A DNA stretch of 62,700 nucleotides from an uncultured Bacteroidales bacterium (GTDB taxonomy: Bacteria > Bacteroidota > Bacteroidia > Bacteroidales > WCHB1-69), in NCBI GenBank assembly GCA_905233745.1, contig CAJODA010000004.1:1-62700 (forward strand), in the 5' to 3' direction. Shown here piece by piece: positions 27,528-37,281 of this stretch. The notes beneath the pieces were generated by a model. That model had not been told where the DNA came from and did not search any database. It saw only the letters and a list, made by a program, of their open reading frames with translations. A program made the position numbers and the translations under genes. The first letter of the stretch is position 1. Every line of letters begins with the position of its first letter.

Positions 27528-29215
27528 AAAAACATTACATCATCCTGTTTTTAGTGCTGGTATTCAGTACGACGGAAGGTCTTCTCGCGCAAAGCACAGA
27601 CACCATGTATGTGGTGAAGCGGCACGTGGTGCGCGACACCGTTTATCTGCGTGACACGGTACGCATCCAAGACACCATCATTATCGCCGACTACATCCAC
27701 AGTGTGGAATTCAAGCGGCTGTTTTACGAGTTGAACGGTGCCGATGCGCAGACGCCGCCCGATTCGTTGGAAAAATTGTGGGCCCAGACGGTTACTTTTT
27801 TGGAAAATCGCGTCGTACATCATGAACAACAAAACGTTTCAACAATGGACAGCATCAAAAAATACGGTTTGGCGGGACTCATGCTGCTGGGCTTGAACGC
27901 CCTCGCGCCTGCGCAGACGCCTTCCCCTTCGCCCGCGGCACATCAGACGAAGGTGCAGAAAGTGCTTCATGACAGCCCATTCAATGGGATCCATTTCGGG
28001 TACACGCTGGAGGCGAATCTGGTTCACCCAGTGGAGATGACAAGTGTGAATACAGGTGCCAAAACATTCTCTTCTCTTCGCTTTGGCGGACGTTTGGGTT
28101 TGGAATGCTCCTACAATTTTGCAGATTATTTCGGCGTGTCGGCGGCCTTGGATTTTGGCTATATAGGGAAGGACAAGAGCGGTGTTTTTTACCCTTACTA
28201 CGGTGTGTCGATGCCTTTGAAGTTTGAGTTTCACCATCCAGTTGCAGACAAATTGTGGGTAACGGCAAATGTTGGGACTCAGCTGCGAATGCCGTGGAGC
28301 ACATTTCTTTACGGTTATGATGGCTCGAAAGGGAGTAATGAATCCAGTAATTATTTAGATGACTTTCAGCAAATAGATTATCATGACTTTGCTTACAACA
28401 GACGTGTGTTTTACGCAGATATTATGGTGGACGTGGGACTCTATTTTCAATTACCGAATCAAGACTATTTACGTTTCTTGGTAGGGTTAAATGTTGCTAC
28501 GACGGATTATTCAAGCGGTACGGTTTTGTCTGGAGCTTATCTTACGATGTATGACTACCCGTACGTATCTCAACGTAACCACTACCTCTACGGCCAGATT
28601 GCCTATTTGCACAGTTTCAGCAAACAGCGAGCCATCATGCAAGCGCAACCTCACTGGAATGCAGACAAGTCATTTTATCGTCATGAGTTTCGGTTGGGGG
28701 TGAGTGATCCCTTAGGCTTTACTTATCTGAGGGAATTGTTTGGTTCTTCTATTTTGGGAGAACCGATAGACGGTATCTCACCCACAAAGCAAATATTCAC
28801 TCCCGTGTTCTCCATGGACTATCATTACCGTGCCTCAAAATGGTTTTGGTTAGGCCTTACCGCTGGTTATAATTTATATAAAGAGAAAGGCTATGGGGAA
28901 CCAGAGAATCTTACGTGGCAGTATAAAGAGCATCATATTCTGATAATGCCCTCTTTGCGGTTCTCCTATCTTAACCGTCCGCATCTGACCCTTTACTCTG
29001 GGCTTTCCGTGGGTTTGTATATTAAACATGGACGAGAATACAGAGATGATGATTGTCTTATCCGGCCGATAACTACTGACCATAACAGAGTGTTCTCCGC
29101 GTTCCAACTTACCGCCTTCGGGTTGAAGGCTGGCGCAAAACACTGGTTCGGCAGTTTCGAACTGGGTGCCGGTATCAAAGGGTTCGTCAATTTTGGGGTG
29201 GGGTACGAGTTTTAA
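27524..29215 (+). CDS. Outer-membrane protein with two beta-barrel-like halves and a second internal signal peptide
   Basis: N-terminal signal peptide, DTV repeats, internal MDSIKKYGLAGLMLLGLNALAPAQ, amphipathic strands, ends GVGYEF. Confidence 0.8.
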   Translation: MKKHYIILFLVLVFSTTEGLLAQSTDTMYVVKRHVVRDTVYLRDTVRIQDTIIIADYIHSVEFKRLFYELNGADAQTPPDSLEKLWAQTVTFLENRVVHHEQQNVSTMDSIKKYGLAGLMLLGLNALAPAQTPSPSPAAHQTKVQKVLHDSPFNGIHFGYTLEANLVHPVEMTSVNTGAKTFSSLRFGGRLGLECSYNFADYFGVSAALDFGYIGKDKSGVFYPYYGVSMPLKFEFHHPVADKLWVTANVGTQLRMPWSTFLYGYDGSKGSNESSNYLDDFQQIDYHDFAYNRRVFYADIMVDVGLYFQLPNQDYLRFLVGLNVATTDYSSGTVLSGAYLTMYDYPYVSQRNHYLYGQIAYLHSFSKQRAIMQAQPHWNADKSFYRHEFRLGVSDPLGFTYLRELFGSSILGEPIDGISPTKQIFTPVFSMDYHYRASKWFWLGLTAGYNLYKEKGYGEPENLTWQYKEHHILIMPSLRFSYLNRPHLTLYSGLSVGLYIKHGREYRDDDCLIRPITTDHNRVFSAFQLTAFGLKAGAKHWFGSFELGAGIKGFVNFGVGYEF

Positions 29216-29326
29216 AAAGATTCGTTTCATTGAAAAAGAATCCGAATGTGATTTATAATACGTATTAAATGATAAGTTTCGCCTGCACGACCTTCGCGCA
29301 GTCTAGTGCTCAACCAGCGTAAAATC

Positions 29327-31030
29327 CTACTTCACGGGGAACTCGAAATAAGTGTCCGGGAAAGGTTCGTCCCTGAGGGTGAAGTGCCACCATTCGCTAT
29401 CGTAGGGCTTGAACCCGTGTCGTAGCATAGCCTCACGCAGAATCATACGGTTGCGGAACTGCTCCTCCGTAATCCTGTCATTGACCGTATATTCCCCATT
29501 CTCGGGATGACCGCCAAAGTCGGGATGGCTTTCCTCGCCGAACCAGTCGAAAGTGCCGCCCATATCCAGTTCCTTTTCCGTATTCATATCGAAGAGGGTC
29601 AGGTCAACGGTTGAGCCTCGCGTGTGCCCGCTCTTCTCTGCTATGTAATCGAGTTCAAAGAGCCGGCTTTTGTCCACATTGGGGTAGAAATAGCGCCGCA
29701 TAAGCGTATCGGACACATCGGCCCCCCAACGCATAAAATGATCCACCGCCATCTGCGGACGGTAGGCATCGTATATCTTCAACCGGTAGCCGAGGCGCAT
29801 CACATCATCGCTGACGGCCTTCAAGCTGTCGGCAGCCTGTTTCGTCAACAAAGCAACGGGCTGCAAATAGCCGTCAATACGTTCTCCCACAAAATTATAG
29901 GTGCCGTAGTAACGAATCTCCAGAATGGCATCCGGCACCACTTCAGCAATTTTCACAAACTGGCTAGCATCAAGTTCCGGCGCGTTTTTCTTTGGCTCAC
30001 GCAGCTCTTTCGTTCGCACAACACGCTGTTTGCCAGGCATGTCAAACGTTAGGCTAGCGCCATCCGCACGCACGTCCAACGTCACCGGGGCGCCTATAAC
30101 GAGCGGCAAGTTCTTGCGCTCGTGTCCCGCCGGAAATCCGCACATCACCGGGATGTTGTACGGGGCCAAAAGTTCCCGCAACATCTCCACTTCACTATCG
30201 TAGCCCAAGTCTATGTCGCAGTCGGAGAAATCACCCAAGATGACACCCTTGCAATGGGACAGCGCTCCGCTCATTTTCAATACATTGAAAAGACGGTCTA
30301 TGCTGTGCAACGTCTCCTCCACCTCTTCCACGAAGAGGATAAGGTCGGCGCCACCGATTGTCTCGGACTGCATACCCATCAGTGGTGCAAAGGAGGCCAA
30401 ATTTCCACCCACAAGGGTGCCGGTAGCATGTCCGGGAATGTTAAGTTCGTGCGCCGGGAGCTCATAGCGCGGCACCTGGCCCTTGAGCAGGTCACGCACG
30501 AGCGTGCATGAGAGGTCCGTTCCACCCCGTTCGCCAATATTGCAACCCATGACCCCATGGATGCCCATCACACCGGCACACACTTCCATGCCAAGAAGCG
30601 TGGTAATGTCGCTATACCCCACTATCCATTTGGGATTGGAAGTCATCTCCTCCAGCGGAAGCTCCTCCGCCAAATGCAGAGTCCCATAGCCCCCACGCAT
30701 ACAGACGACAGCCTTGATATCAGGGTCGTTGAGCGCCCAGCGAAGATCGGCGAGCCTTTCCTCCGGCGTGCCAGCATACTTGTCCCTGTACCGCTTGCCC
30801 ACATTAGGGCCTACAACCGGCTTAAATCCCCAGTTCTTCAGCACATTCGCCGCCTTGCGGGTTGATTCTTCGGAAACGTAATATGATGGAGTGATGAGTG
30901 CCACCTTGTCCCCGGATTTCAAATAGTCGGGTGCAACACACTTCAATGTCGCGTCACTCTGCTGTCCCTTTGCAAAAGGCACCAGCGTGACAAACAGCAA
31001 TACTAGGAAGGATTTGAAAAACTTTGACAT
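29327..31030 (-). CDS. Secreted fusion of LD-carboxypeptidase (S66) and D-Ala-D-Ala dipeptidase (VanX/M15D)
   Basis: RGGYG, GYSDIT, FVEEV, PAGH; then YDAYRP, SGHTRGSTVD, EWWHF. Confidence 0.9.
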   Translation of the reverse strand: MSKFFKSFLVLLFVTLVPFAKGQQSDATLKCVAPDYLKSGDKVALITPSYYVSEESTRKAANVLKNWGFKPVVGPNVGKRYRDKYAGTPEERLADLRWALNDPDIKAVVCMRGGYGTLHLAEELPLEEMTSNPKWIVGYSDITTLLGMEVCAGVMGIHGVMGCNIGERGGTDLSCTLVRDLLKGQVPRYELPAHELNIPGHATGTLVGGNLASFAPLMGMQSETIGGADLILFVEEVEETLHSIDRLFNVLKMSGALSHCKGVILGDFSDCDIDLGYDSEVEMLRELLAPYNIPVMCGFPAGHERKNLPLVIGAPVTLDVRADGASLTFDMPGKQRVVRTKELREPKKNAPELDASQFVKIAEVVPDAILEIRYYGTYNFVGERIDGYLQPVALLTKQAADSLKAVSDDVMRLGYRLKIYDAYRPQMAVDHFMRWGADVSDTLMRRYFYPNVDKSRLFELDYIAEKSGHTRGSTVDLTLFDMNTEKELDMGGTFDWFGEESHPDFGGHPENGEYTVNDRITEEQFRNRMILREAMLRHGFKPYDSEWWHFTLRDEPFPDTYFEFPVK

Positions 31031-31068
31031 TTTTGAATACTAGCTATGAAGTTAAACAGTTTCAGAGC

Positions 31069-31998
31069 TCAACTATTATTGAGCAGGGCAAGGGTTTGGT
31101 CATAAAATTCATCAAAATCATTGATGCGCAGCAGTTGTCGAAGCGTATCTGATGGCAAGCGGAGGTGGAATGCGTAATAGTGCCACAATTCCTTAAGTTT
31201 CGCCAAGGTGCTTTTCTCTTTTACTGCATCCAGCATCTCACTAGTCCAAAGCTGGTAGTATTTCAGGAAGCGCTGGCGACTGTCTCCCGTGTCCATTCCC
31301 TTGAGTTCCTCGGCCAGGAAAGGGTTTTGCAGGACACCTCGGCCCAGCATCCAGTCATCCACGGTCGGGAAGCGGACACTTAGCCGCTGGTAATCTTCCA
31401 CAGAAAACAAGTCACCACTGTAAACGATTCTGTGTGTCGTATGGCGACAGAACACGTCCATTTGTTCTAAGTCGGGGGTACCGTCGTACATCTGCACGCC
31501 CAATCGAGGGTGTATAACAATAAAATCCAGGGGGTAATTCTCCAGGCGTTCCAGAATAGCCAGGCCCTCTGAGGGGTCAAGGAGGCCCAGTCGCATTTTC
31601 ACGGAAAATCTGAAGGGTGTCTGTGTGGTGGCGGCGCGCACCACTGCTTCCACGGTGTCTGGATCGGGCATAATGCCGCACCCGCGCCGCCGGCGCACCA
31701 CTTGGGCCACCGGACAGCCGATGTTCCAGTTGAACGCTTCATAGCCGTACAGATTGTGCACCGCCCGCATGGTATCCACAAAATGATCCGGTTTGTTGCC
31801 CATCAACTGCGGTATGGCCGGCACCTGCGTATTGTGTTTCGGCCAGATGTCACGCCAATTGCGCACATTCAGTTTCGCAGCCTCCTGAACGGGCAAAAAG
31901 GGTGTAACACAACAGTCCATACCGCCAAAGTGGCGATACAGACTGTTGCGGAACATAAAGTTCGTAATTCCGTGCAGGGGCGCCAGCCAGATTCTCAT
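31069..31998 (-). CDS. tRNA-dihydrouridine synthase family protein
   Basis: LAPLHG, NIGCP, SVKMRLG, HPR, MLGRG motifs. Confidence 0.88.
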   Translation of the reverse strand: MRIWLAPLHGITNFMFRNSLYRHFGGMDCCVTPFLPVQEAAKLNVRNWRDIWPKHNTQVPAIPQLMGNKPDHFVDTMRAVHNLYGYEAFNWNIGCPVAQVVRRRRGCGIMPDPDTVEAVVRAATTQTPFRFSVKMRLGLLDPSEGLAILERLENYPLDFIVIHPRLGVQMYDGTPDLEQMDVFCRHTTHRIVYSGDLFSVEDYQRLSVRFPTVDDWMLGRGVLQNPFLAEELKGMDTGDSRQRFLKYYQLWTSEMLDAVKEKSTLAKLKELWHYYAFHLRLPSDTLRQLLRINDFDEFYDQTLALLNNS

Positions 31999-31999
31999 C

Positions 32000-32974
32000 C
32001 TACTGGACCACAACTTTTTTGGTCAGCGTCTGGTTCCCTTGTTCAATAAACAGCATGTAAACACCGGGAACCAAGCTGTGGACATTCACCTCTTCCACAC
32101 CTGTGACGTTCTTTCTAAACGCTATTGTACGACCGGTGAGATCTGAAAGTTTATACTGATAACGTTCACCGGAGGCCGGGGCAATGCAGAAACGGTCTGT
32201 TGCAGGGTTGGGATAGATGTTGACTTTCACAGTTTCGTGCTCCGCGACACCCACGTAATAGTTGAGCTCCACGTCATCCACATAGAGTTCTGTAGAGTCG
32301 CTGGTGGTAAATCCACCGGAAGCGATGATAATGCAGATGGAATCGCACGGAGCAAACGGACTGTCAAAGGAGCAAACCAGCTGTGTGTACTCAGGTAAAG
32401 TTTCAGAGACCTCAATTTGCGCATAAGACACAGGGGTGCCATTCTGCTTGGTATAGGCAATAACGCGCATGGTATCCATATTCTGAGGCAGATACTTCAC
32501 CCATAATTTCAGGTTTTCGGGAGTGCTCTCACAGGGCATACCGGAAGCCAAAGAATTCAAGAAAGTGGCCAGAGACTCAATATTATCCATATTCAAGCTA
32601 TCCAAACCGCCACTAATCAAATCCGTAATGACACTCATCGGGATATTGAACTCTCCGGCGCTACCCAACTGGGCGATACCGGGAATCTTCAAGCTGTAAG
32701 AGGTAGAAGGCACACCGATGGTGGAAGCCATCAGTTTGAGGGCATAGTTCCCGCTATGCGCATCAGAGGTTTGTGAACCGAAGTTCGCACTCACAGGATA
32801 GGGAAATTCTCCAATATACGGGAGAGTGGCTATCACATTACCACTGATACTGGTGGTCCAGTTATCCGGCCGGCCATTGGTCCAGTTTTCAAACCCACCG
32901 TTCGGCACTGTGGTTTGTGCCATGGCACATGCCACTAAAGCCACTAAAAAGAGGGAAAAAATCGATTTTTTCAT
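32000..32974 (-). CDS. T9SS type-A cargo with putative carbohydrate-metabolism (PCMD-like) domain
   Basis: PNGGFENW, AHSGNYALKL, LYVDDV; YPNPA...DLTGR...PGVYML...KKVVVQ CTD. Confidence 0.82.
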   Translation of the reverse strand: MKKSIFSLFLVALVACAMAQTTVPNGGFENWTNGRPDNWTTSISGNVIATLPYIGEFPYPVSANFGSQTSDAHSGNYALKLMASTIGVPSTSYSLKIPGIAQLGSAGEFNIPMSVITDLISGGLDSLNMDNIESLATFLNSLASGMPCESTPENLKLWVKYLPQNMDTMRVIAYTKQNGTPVSYAQIEVSETLPEYTQLVCSFDSPFAPCDSICIIIASGGFTTSDSTELYVDDVELNYYVGVAEHETVKVNIYPNPATDRFCIAPASGERYQYKLSDLTGRTIAFRKNVTGVEEVNVHSLVPGVYMLFIEQGNQTLTKKVVVQ

Positions 32975-33025
32975 ATTATTGGGATTTTTAAAGATTTAAT
33001 ACAATTGTCAATCCAATATCGTTCA

Positions 33026-33811
33026 TCACCAAACACTGGTCCAATCTTCGCGGTCGCGGACGGAGGGATCTTTCCAATACTCGCGCAGCTTCGCATATTT
33101 GAGAAAACTGTTATGCGCGATAGCTTTGGAGAGCACATATCCGTCAAGTCCGCCGAAGAGGCCGCCACGCAGAAAATAGTTGACGAAAAAGGCAGTGAAC
33201 CCATGGAGAAACGGGGAGAGCGGGCCCGATTTTTTTCCGTTCAGGAAGAGAATTTTAGCGCCACGGGTACTGTAGTTCCGTTCCGGTTTGGCAAAGAGTT
33301 CGTCATAGTTATGATAACGATAGTGTATCAGGTCTGCATCCAGGCGTTTTGTGTTATGAGTGGGCACATAAGCGTGCTGCTTCAGCTGCGCAAACTGCAA
33401 GCGATCTTTGCGGAACACTCTCACCAGGTAGTCGGGATACCAGCGACAGCACTTCACCCACCGCTGGCCGATGTAGTTGCGACGGCGCACTGCGAAACCG
33501 TCGTACTGAGTATGCTCCAAGTCTGTCCGTTGCAACATTTCCACCAACTCATCCGACAATCTCTCGTCTGCATCTATGCTGATCACCCAATTGTTCTTGG
33601 CATATGGCAGTGCCAGGTTCTTTTGCAGCCCGTCACCTATGTATTCGTGCAGATAGACCTTCGCTCCGGCGGCACGCGCCACCTCCACGGTCCGGTCCTT
33701 GCTGTATGAGTCGGTCACAATGACCTCATCGCACACGCGCAACAGCGACTGCACGCACTCGGTGATGTTGCGCTCTTCGTTGAGGGTGGTTATGATGCCG
33801 GTGATGTTCAT
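33026..33811 (-). CDS. GT2 glycosyltransferase (WaaE-like)
   Basis: TLNEERNI, DSYSKDRT, IDADE, WYPDYLVR. Confidence 0.9.
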   Translation of the reverse strand: MNITGIITTLNEERNITECVQSLLRVCDEVIVTDSYSKDRTVEVARAAGAKVYLHEYIGDGLQKNLALPYAKNNWVISIDADERLSDELVEMLQRTDLEHTQYDGFAVRRRNYIGQRWVKCCRWYPDYLVRVFRKDRLQFAQLKQHAYVPTHNTKRLDADLIHYRYHNYDELFAKPERNYSTRGAKILFLNGKKSGPLSPFLHGFTAFFVNYFLRGGLFGGLDGYVLSKAIAHNSFLKYAKLREYWKDPSVRDREDWTSVW

Positions 33812-33912
33812 GAGGGGTAAACGGTAAAAGGGGTGAAGGGTGTAAAGGGGGTAAAGGGGGTGAATGGGGTGAATGGGGTGAATGAGGTAAAAGGGGTGAA
33901 TGCGGTGAAGGG
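33812..33912. repeat. Intergenic nonamer tandem repeat (GGGGTRAAN), about 11 units
   Basis: ggggtgaag ggtgtaaag ggggtaaag ggggtgaat ggggtgaat ggggtgaat gaggtaaaa ggggtgaat gcggtgaag. Confidence 0.9.
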
Positions 33913-35220
33913 TTATTTGCGGCGTTCGATGGCAGCGCCCAAGTCGTTAAGGCGTTCCACGATATATTGGTAACCGCGGTCGATTTGCTCGACGTTCTGG
34001 ATAACGCTGGTACCCTTGGCGGACAACGCAGCGATAAGCAGGGATACACCCGCACGAATATCCGGAGAGTACATCGTCGTGGCACGTAGAGGTTTACGGC
34101 GTTCAAGTCCGATAACAATTGCCCGGTGGGGATCGCAAAGGGTAATCTGCGCGCCCATCGACTGCAGGTTATCAACAAAGAAGAGGCGGCTCTCGAACAT
34201 CTTCTGATGGATAAGCACGCTGCCACGGGCTTGGATGGCGGTCACAAGTGCGATGCTGATCAAGTCGGGAGTGAAGCCGGGCCACGGGGCATCCGCAATG
34301 GTGAGGATGGAGCCGTCCATGTTGGTCTCCACTTCGTAGAAATCCTGCTCGTGGACCACAATATCATCGCCCTGCAGCTCAAAGTCGATGCCGAGTTTCT
34401 TGAAGGTATAGGGAATGATGCCCAGATGCTGGCATGAACAATCTTTGATTGTAATCGAAGACTGATTCAGGGCGGCCATGCCGATAAAGCTGCCGATCTC
34501 AATCATGTCGGGTAAAATGCGGTGTTCGCAGCCGTGCAGTTTCTCCACACCTTCTATGGTAAGCAGGTTTGATCCGATTCCGGAGATGCGGGCGCCCATA
34601 TTGTTCAGCATAGTACACAGCTGATAGAGATAGGGTTCGCACGCTGCATTGAAGATGGTGGTCTTGCCCTCCGCCAGCACGGCAGCCATCACAATGTTGG
34701 CCGTGCCCGTCACGGAGGCCTCGCTGAGCAGCATGTAAGTGCCTTTCAGATGTTCGGCCTCAAGCTGGAAGAAGTTGCCATCATCCGAAAGATGGATGTT
34801 TGCGCCGAGATTCTCAAAACCTTCAAAGTGGGTGGTAAGCGGACGACGGCCGATCTGATCACCTCCGGGGCGACCAGCGTAAGCCTTGCCAAATCGCGCC
34901 AAAAGCGGTCCGAGCACCATAATGGAAGCCCGAATGGAAGCCGACAACTTGCCAAACTCCGGAGTCGTCAACATCTCAAGATTCACGTCATCAGCCTGAA
35001 AAGTAAACGTGTCCTTGCTGATCTCGGTAATCTTCACTCCCATCAATGAGAGAATGTCCTTATAGCGCCGCGTATCACGGATGTCCGGCAGGTTAGATAT
35101 GGTAACCGGCTCCGAGGTGAGCAGCACAGCAGACAGCACCTGGAGGGCTTCGTTCTTAGCCCCTTGGGGAATAATCTCCCCGTGCAACTTATGACCGCCT
35201 TCTATGATAAACTCTGACAT
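33913..35220 (-). CDS. murA: UDP-N-acetylglucosamine 1-carboxyvinyltransferase
   Basis: GAKNEAL, RAS...GPLLARFG, PGGDQIGRRP, PWPGFTPD, DIRAG, IDRGY. Confidence 0.96.
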   Translation of the reverse strand: MSEFIIEGGHKLHGEIIPQGAKNEALQVLSAVLLTSEPVTISNLPDIRDTRRYKDILSLMGVKITEISKDTFTFQADDVNLEMLTTPEFGKLSASIRASIMVLGPLLARFGKAYAGRPGGDQIGRRPLTTHFEGFENLGANIHLSDDGNFFQLEAEHLKGTYMLLSEASVTGTANIVMAAVLAEGKTTIFNAACEPYLYQLCTMLNNMGARISGIGSNLLTIEGVEKLHGCEHRILPDMIEIGSFIGMAALNQSSITIKDCSCQHLGIIPYTFKKLGIDFELQGDDIVVHEQDFYEVETNMDGSILTIADAPWPGFTPDLISIALVTAIQARGSVLIHQKMFESRLFFVDNLQSMGAQITLCDPHRAIVIGLERRKPLRATTMYSPDIRAGVSLLIAALSAKGTSVIQNVEQIDRGYQYIVERLNDLGAAIERRK

Positions 35221-35286
35221 GTTTGACTATAAACATTGACTATAAACCATGTACCTTGAACCTTGTACCCTGCACCGGTTCCTCAA

Positions 35287-36519
35287 TTATTCAGGAATGA
35301 CAATCGGGAATTGCTGCGTGAATTCCATACGGTACGGGGCACCGATGATGTTCGTCAGGAAGTCCACATACTGGTCGGTGAACATGAACTTGTTGGAATC
35401 GTAGTATGCGGCTGGGAGGGGGAAGTTGCCCACGTTGCCCATTTCAATTTCAGAGGCATGGAACTCCTCAAGTTCTTCGTAGGGCACGATGTCGCGCATC
35501 ACAGCCATCTTACCGTAATCCTCACGGAGGAGGAGATCCACCACCTTGTCAGCCAGGGTAGAGGTAAGGCGGCGATCGTACTCATAGCACTTGCCAGAAC
35601 GCGGAATGTAACCGGAAATCTGTCCACGAGCCTCAACACCGAGTCTCTTGTTGATTTCGGAAGCGATGACGCCGCTCACGCCACCAAAGCGCGGGTGTCC
35701 ATACTCGTCCAGATCAGAGGAGGCGTAAACCATACCCAGTTCCTGTTTCTCATCATCCCACCAGCGAACGCCTTCAGACACTGCGATAATCAAGCTGTGT
35801 TTCGGGGAGCGCATGTAGTTCTCCTTCACAGACTCAAAGAAGAACTCCTTGCGTTCCTTGGTCATCTCAACCTCAGGAACAAGGGCCATCTGAGCGCCGC
35901 CGAAGATGGCAGAGCCGGTAAGCCAGCCGGCATCACGGCCCATCACCTCCAGCACCATGATGCGCTGGTGAGACTCGTTGGTGGTATGAAGTTTGCTGGT
36001 CAGCTTCTTTATTGCCATGGCACCGGATGCGAAACCGGGGCACAAGACGGTCTCGTGCTGCTGTCCCTGATAATGGTGCCAGGTATGGGTGCGCAAGTCA
36101 TTGTCAATGGTCTTTGGGAATCCGATCACAGGGATGCCGAATTTCTCATACATCTTGCGGGCTGCGCCATTGGTGTCGTCTCCGCCGATGGTCACGAGCA
36201 CATCGATTTTGTATCGCTCAATGTTGCGAAGAATCTGCTGGGAGCGATCCTCAGGATTCTTCTTGCTGGGGAAAGGATTGGTTCTGGAGGAGAGCAATGC
36301 CGTACCACCATAAATACCATTGTAGGAGATATTGGTCAAATCGACCACATCGCCATCTCCAAGCAGACCTTTCCAGCCGCGGAGGATACCGTAAACCTTA
36401 AAACCGAGCATGGACGCCCTATTGCGCACACATTCGATGCTAGAATTGATAGCCGGGGTGTCGCCACCGCCAGAAAGAATGGCTAAAGTTTTGCCTTTAA
36501 ACAATTTGTCTGTTCTCAT
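35287..36519 (-). CDS. 6-phosphofructokinase with PPi-dependent signature
   Basis: GGGDTPAIN, GGDDT, PKTIDND, EVMGRDAGW. Confidence 0.88.
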   Translation of the reverse strand: MRTDKLFKGKTLAILSGGGDTPAINSSIECVRNRASMLGFKVYGILRGWKGLLGDGDVVDLTNISYNGIYGGTALLSSRTNPFPSKKNPEDRSQQILRNIERYKIDVLVTIGGDDTNGAARKMYEKFGIPVIGFPKTIDNDLRTHTWHHYQGQQHETVLCPGFASGAMAIKKLTSKLHTTNESHQRIMVLEVMGRDAGWLTGSAIFGGAQMALVPEVEMTKERKEFFFESVKENYMRSPKHSLIIAVSEGVRWWDDEKQELGMVYASSDLDEYGHPRFGGVSGVIASEINKRLGVEARGQISGYIPRSGKCYEYDRRLTSTLADKVVDLLLREDYGKMAVMRDIVPYEELEEFHASEIEMGNVGNFPLPAAYYDSNKFMFTDQYVDFLTNIIGAPYRMEFTQQFPIVIPE

Positions 36520-36549
36520 ATAGATAGTCTTTAAAATAATAATTTCACT

Positions 36550-37239
36550 CTATTCTCCTAAAAGCCGGTTGTCTTCCACTCTATGAGTGCTGTCTGTTCT
36601 AATCAGATACTCTTCGCAGCGCATCTCCTCCAAAATTCCATCTACCATTTTGTCCAGAATATAACTCTGAACATCAAAGGAAACAGGTTTGCCCGTAATC
36701 GTATAGTATGTTCCCACCATCTCATCCCAGACGTCGTTCACTTTGAAGATTCCCATACGGATAGCGACTTGGGACCTCATAGCCTCACACACGGTGCTTT
36801 TCTGCATCTTGGCAAAATAATTGGTGATAGCCGGTGATTCGCCCTTAATCAGCTCATCATAATCATACACCACAAGATTGGTAATGGCGTCTGAGAATGC
36901 CGTTTTCGCAACGGAATAACAGCTCTCTGCCATACCGTTGGTGAAAACAACCAGGGAATCGGTGAGGTTTCCATGGCCATGTGCAGCCAGCGTGTCAATC
37001 ATAGCCTGGTTAGAAGCGAAATCTATCTTGTAAATGCCATCTTTATAGGCAGAGAAACCGTCTGCCTTGCAGAGATAGGTTACAGCCGTATCCAAAGAGG
37101 ACTCCAGACATGTTTTAATGGCGTTCGCCTTCTGACCGTTGGTGTATAAGTTGTCGGCATACGTGCCCGTATTATCGTGACAAGCGCTAAAAAGAGCCAA
37201 GCCAAGCACAGCAAGGCATAAGATTCGAATTTTCTTCAT
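36550..37239 (-). CDS. DUF4197-like lipoprotein
   Basis: FSAC lipobox; DVQSYILDKMVDGILEEMRCEEYLIR C-terminal motif; start set at MKKIRIL. Confidence 0.65.
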   Translation of the reverse strand: MKKIRILCLAVLGLALFSACHDNTGTYADNLYTNGQKANAIKTCLESSLDTAVTYLCKADGFSAYKDGIYKIDFASNQAMIDTLAAHGHGNLTDSLVVFTNGMAESCYSVAKTAFSDAITNLVVYDYDELIKGESPAITNYFAKMQKSTVCEAMRSQVAIRMGIFKVNDVWDEMVGTYYTITGKPVSFDVQSYILDKMVDGILEEMRCEEYLIRTDSTHRVEDNRLLGE

Positions 37240-37281
37240 TATTTTATAAAATTTGTGTGCAAAGATACTTATTTTTGCAGT

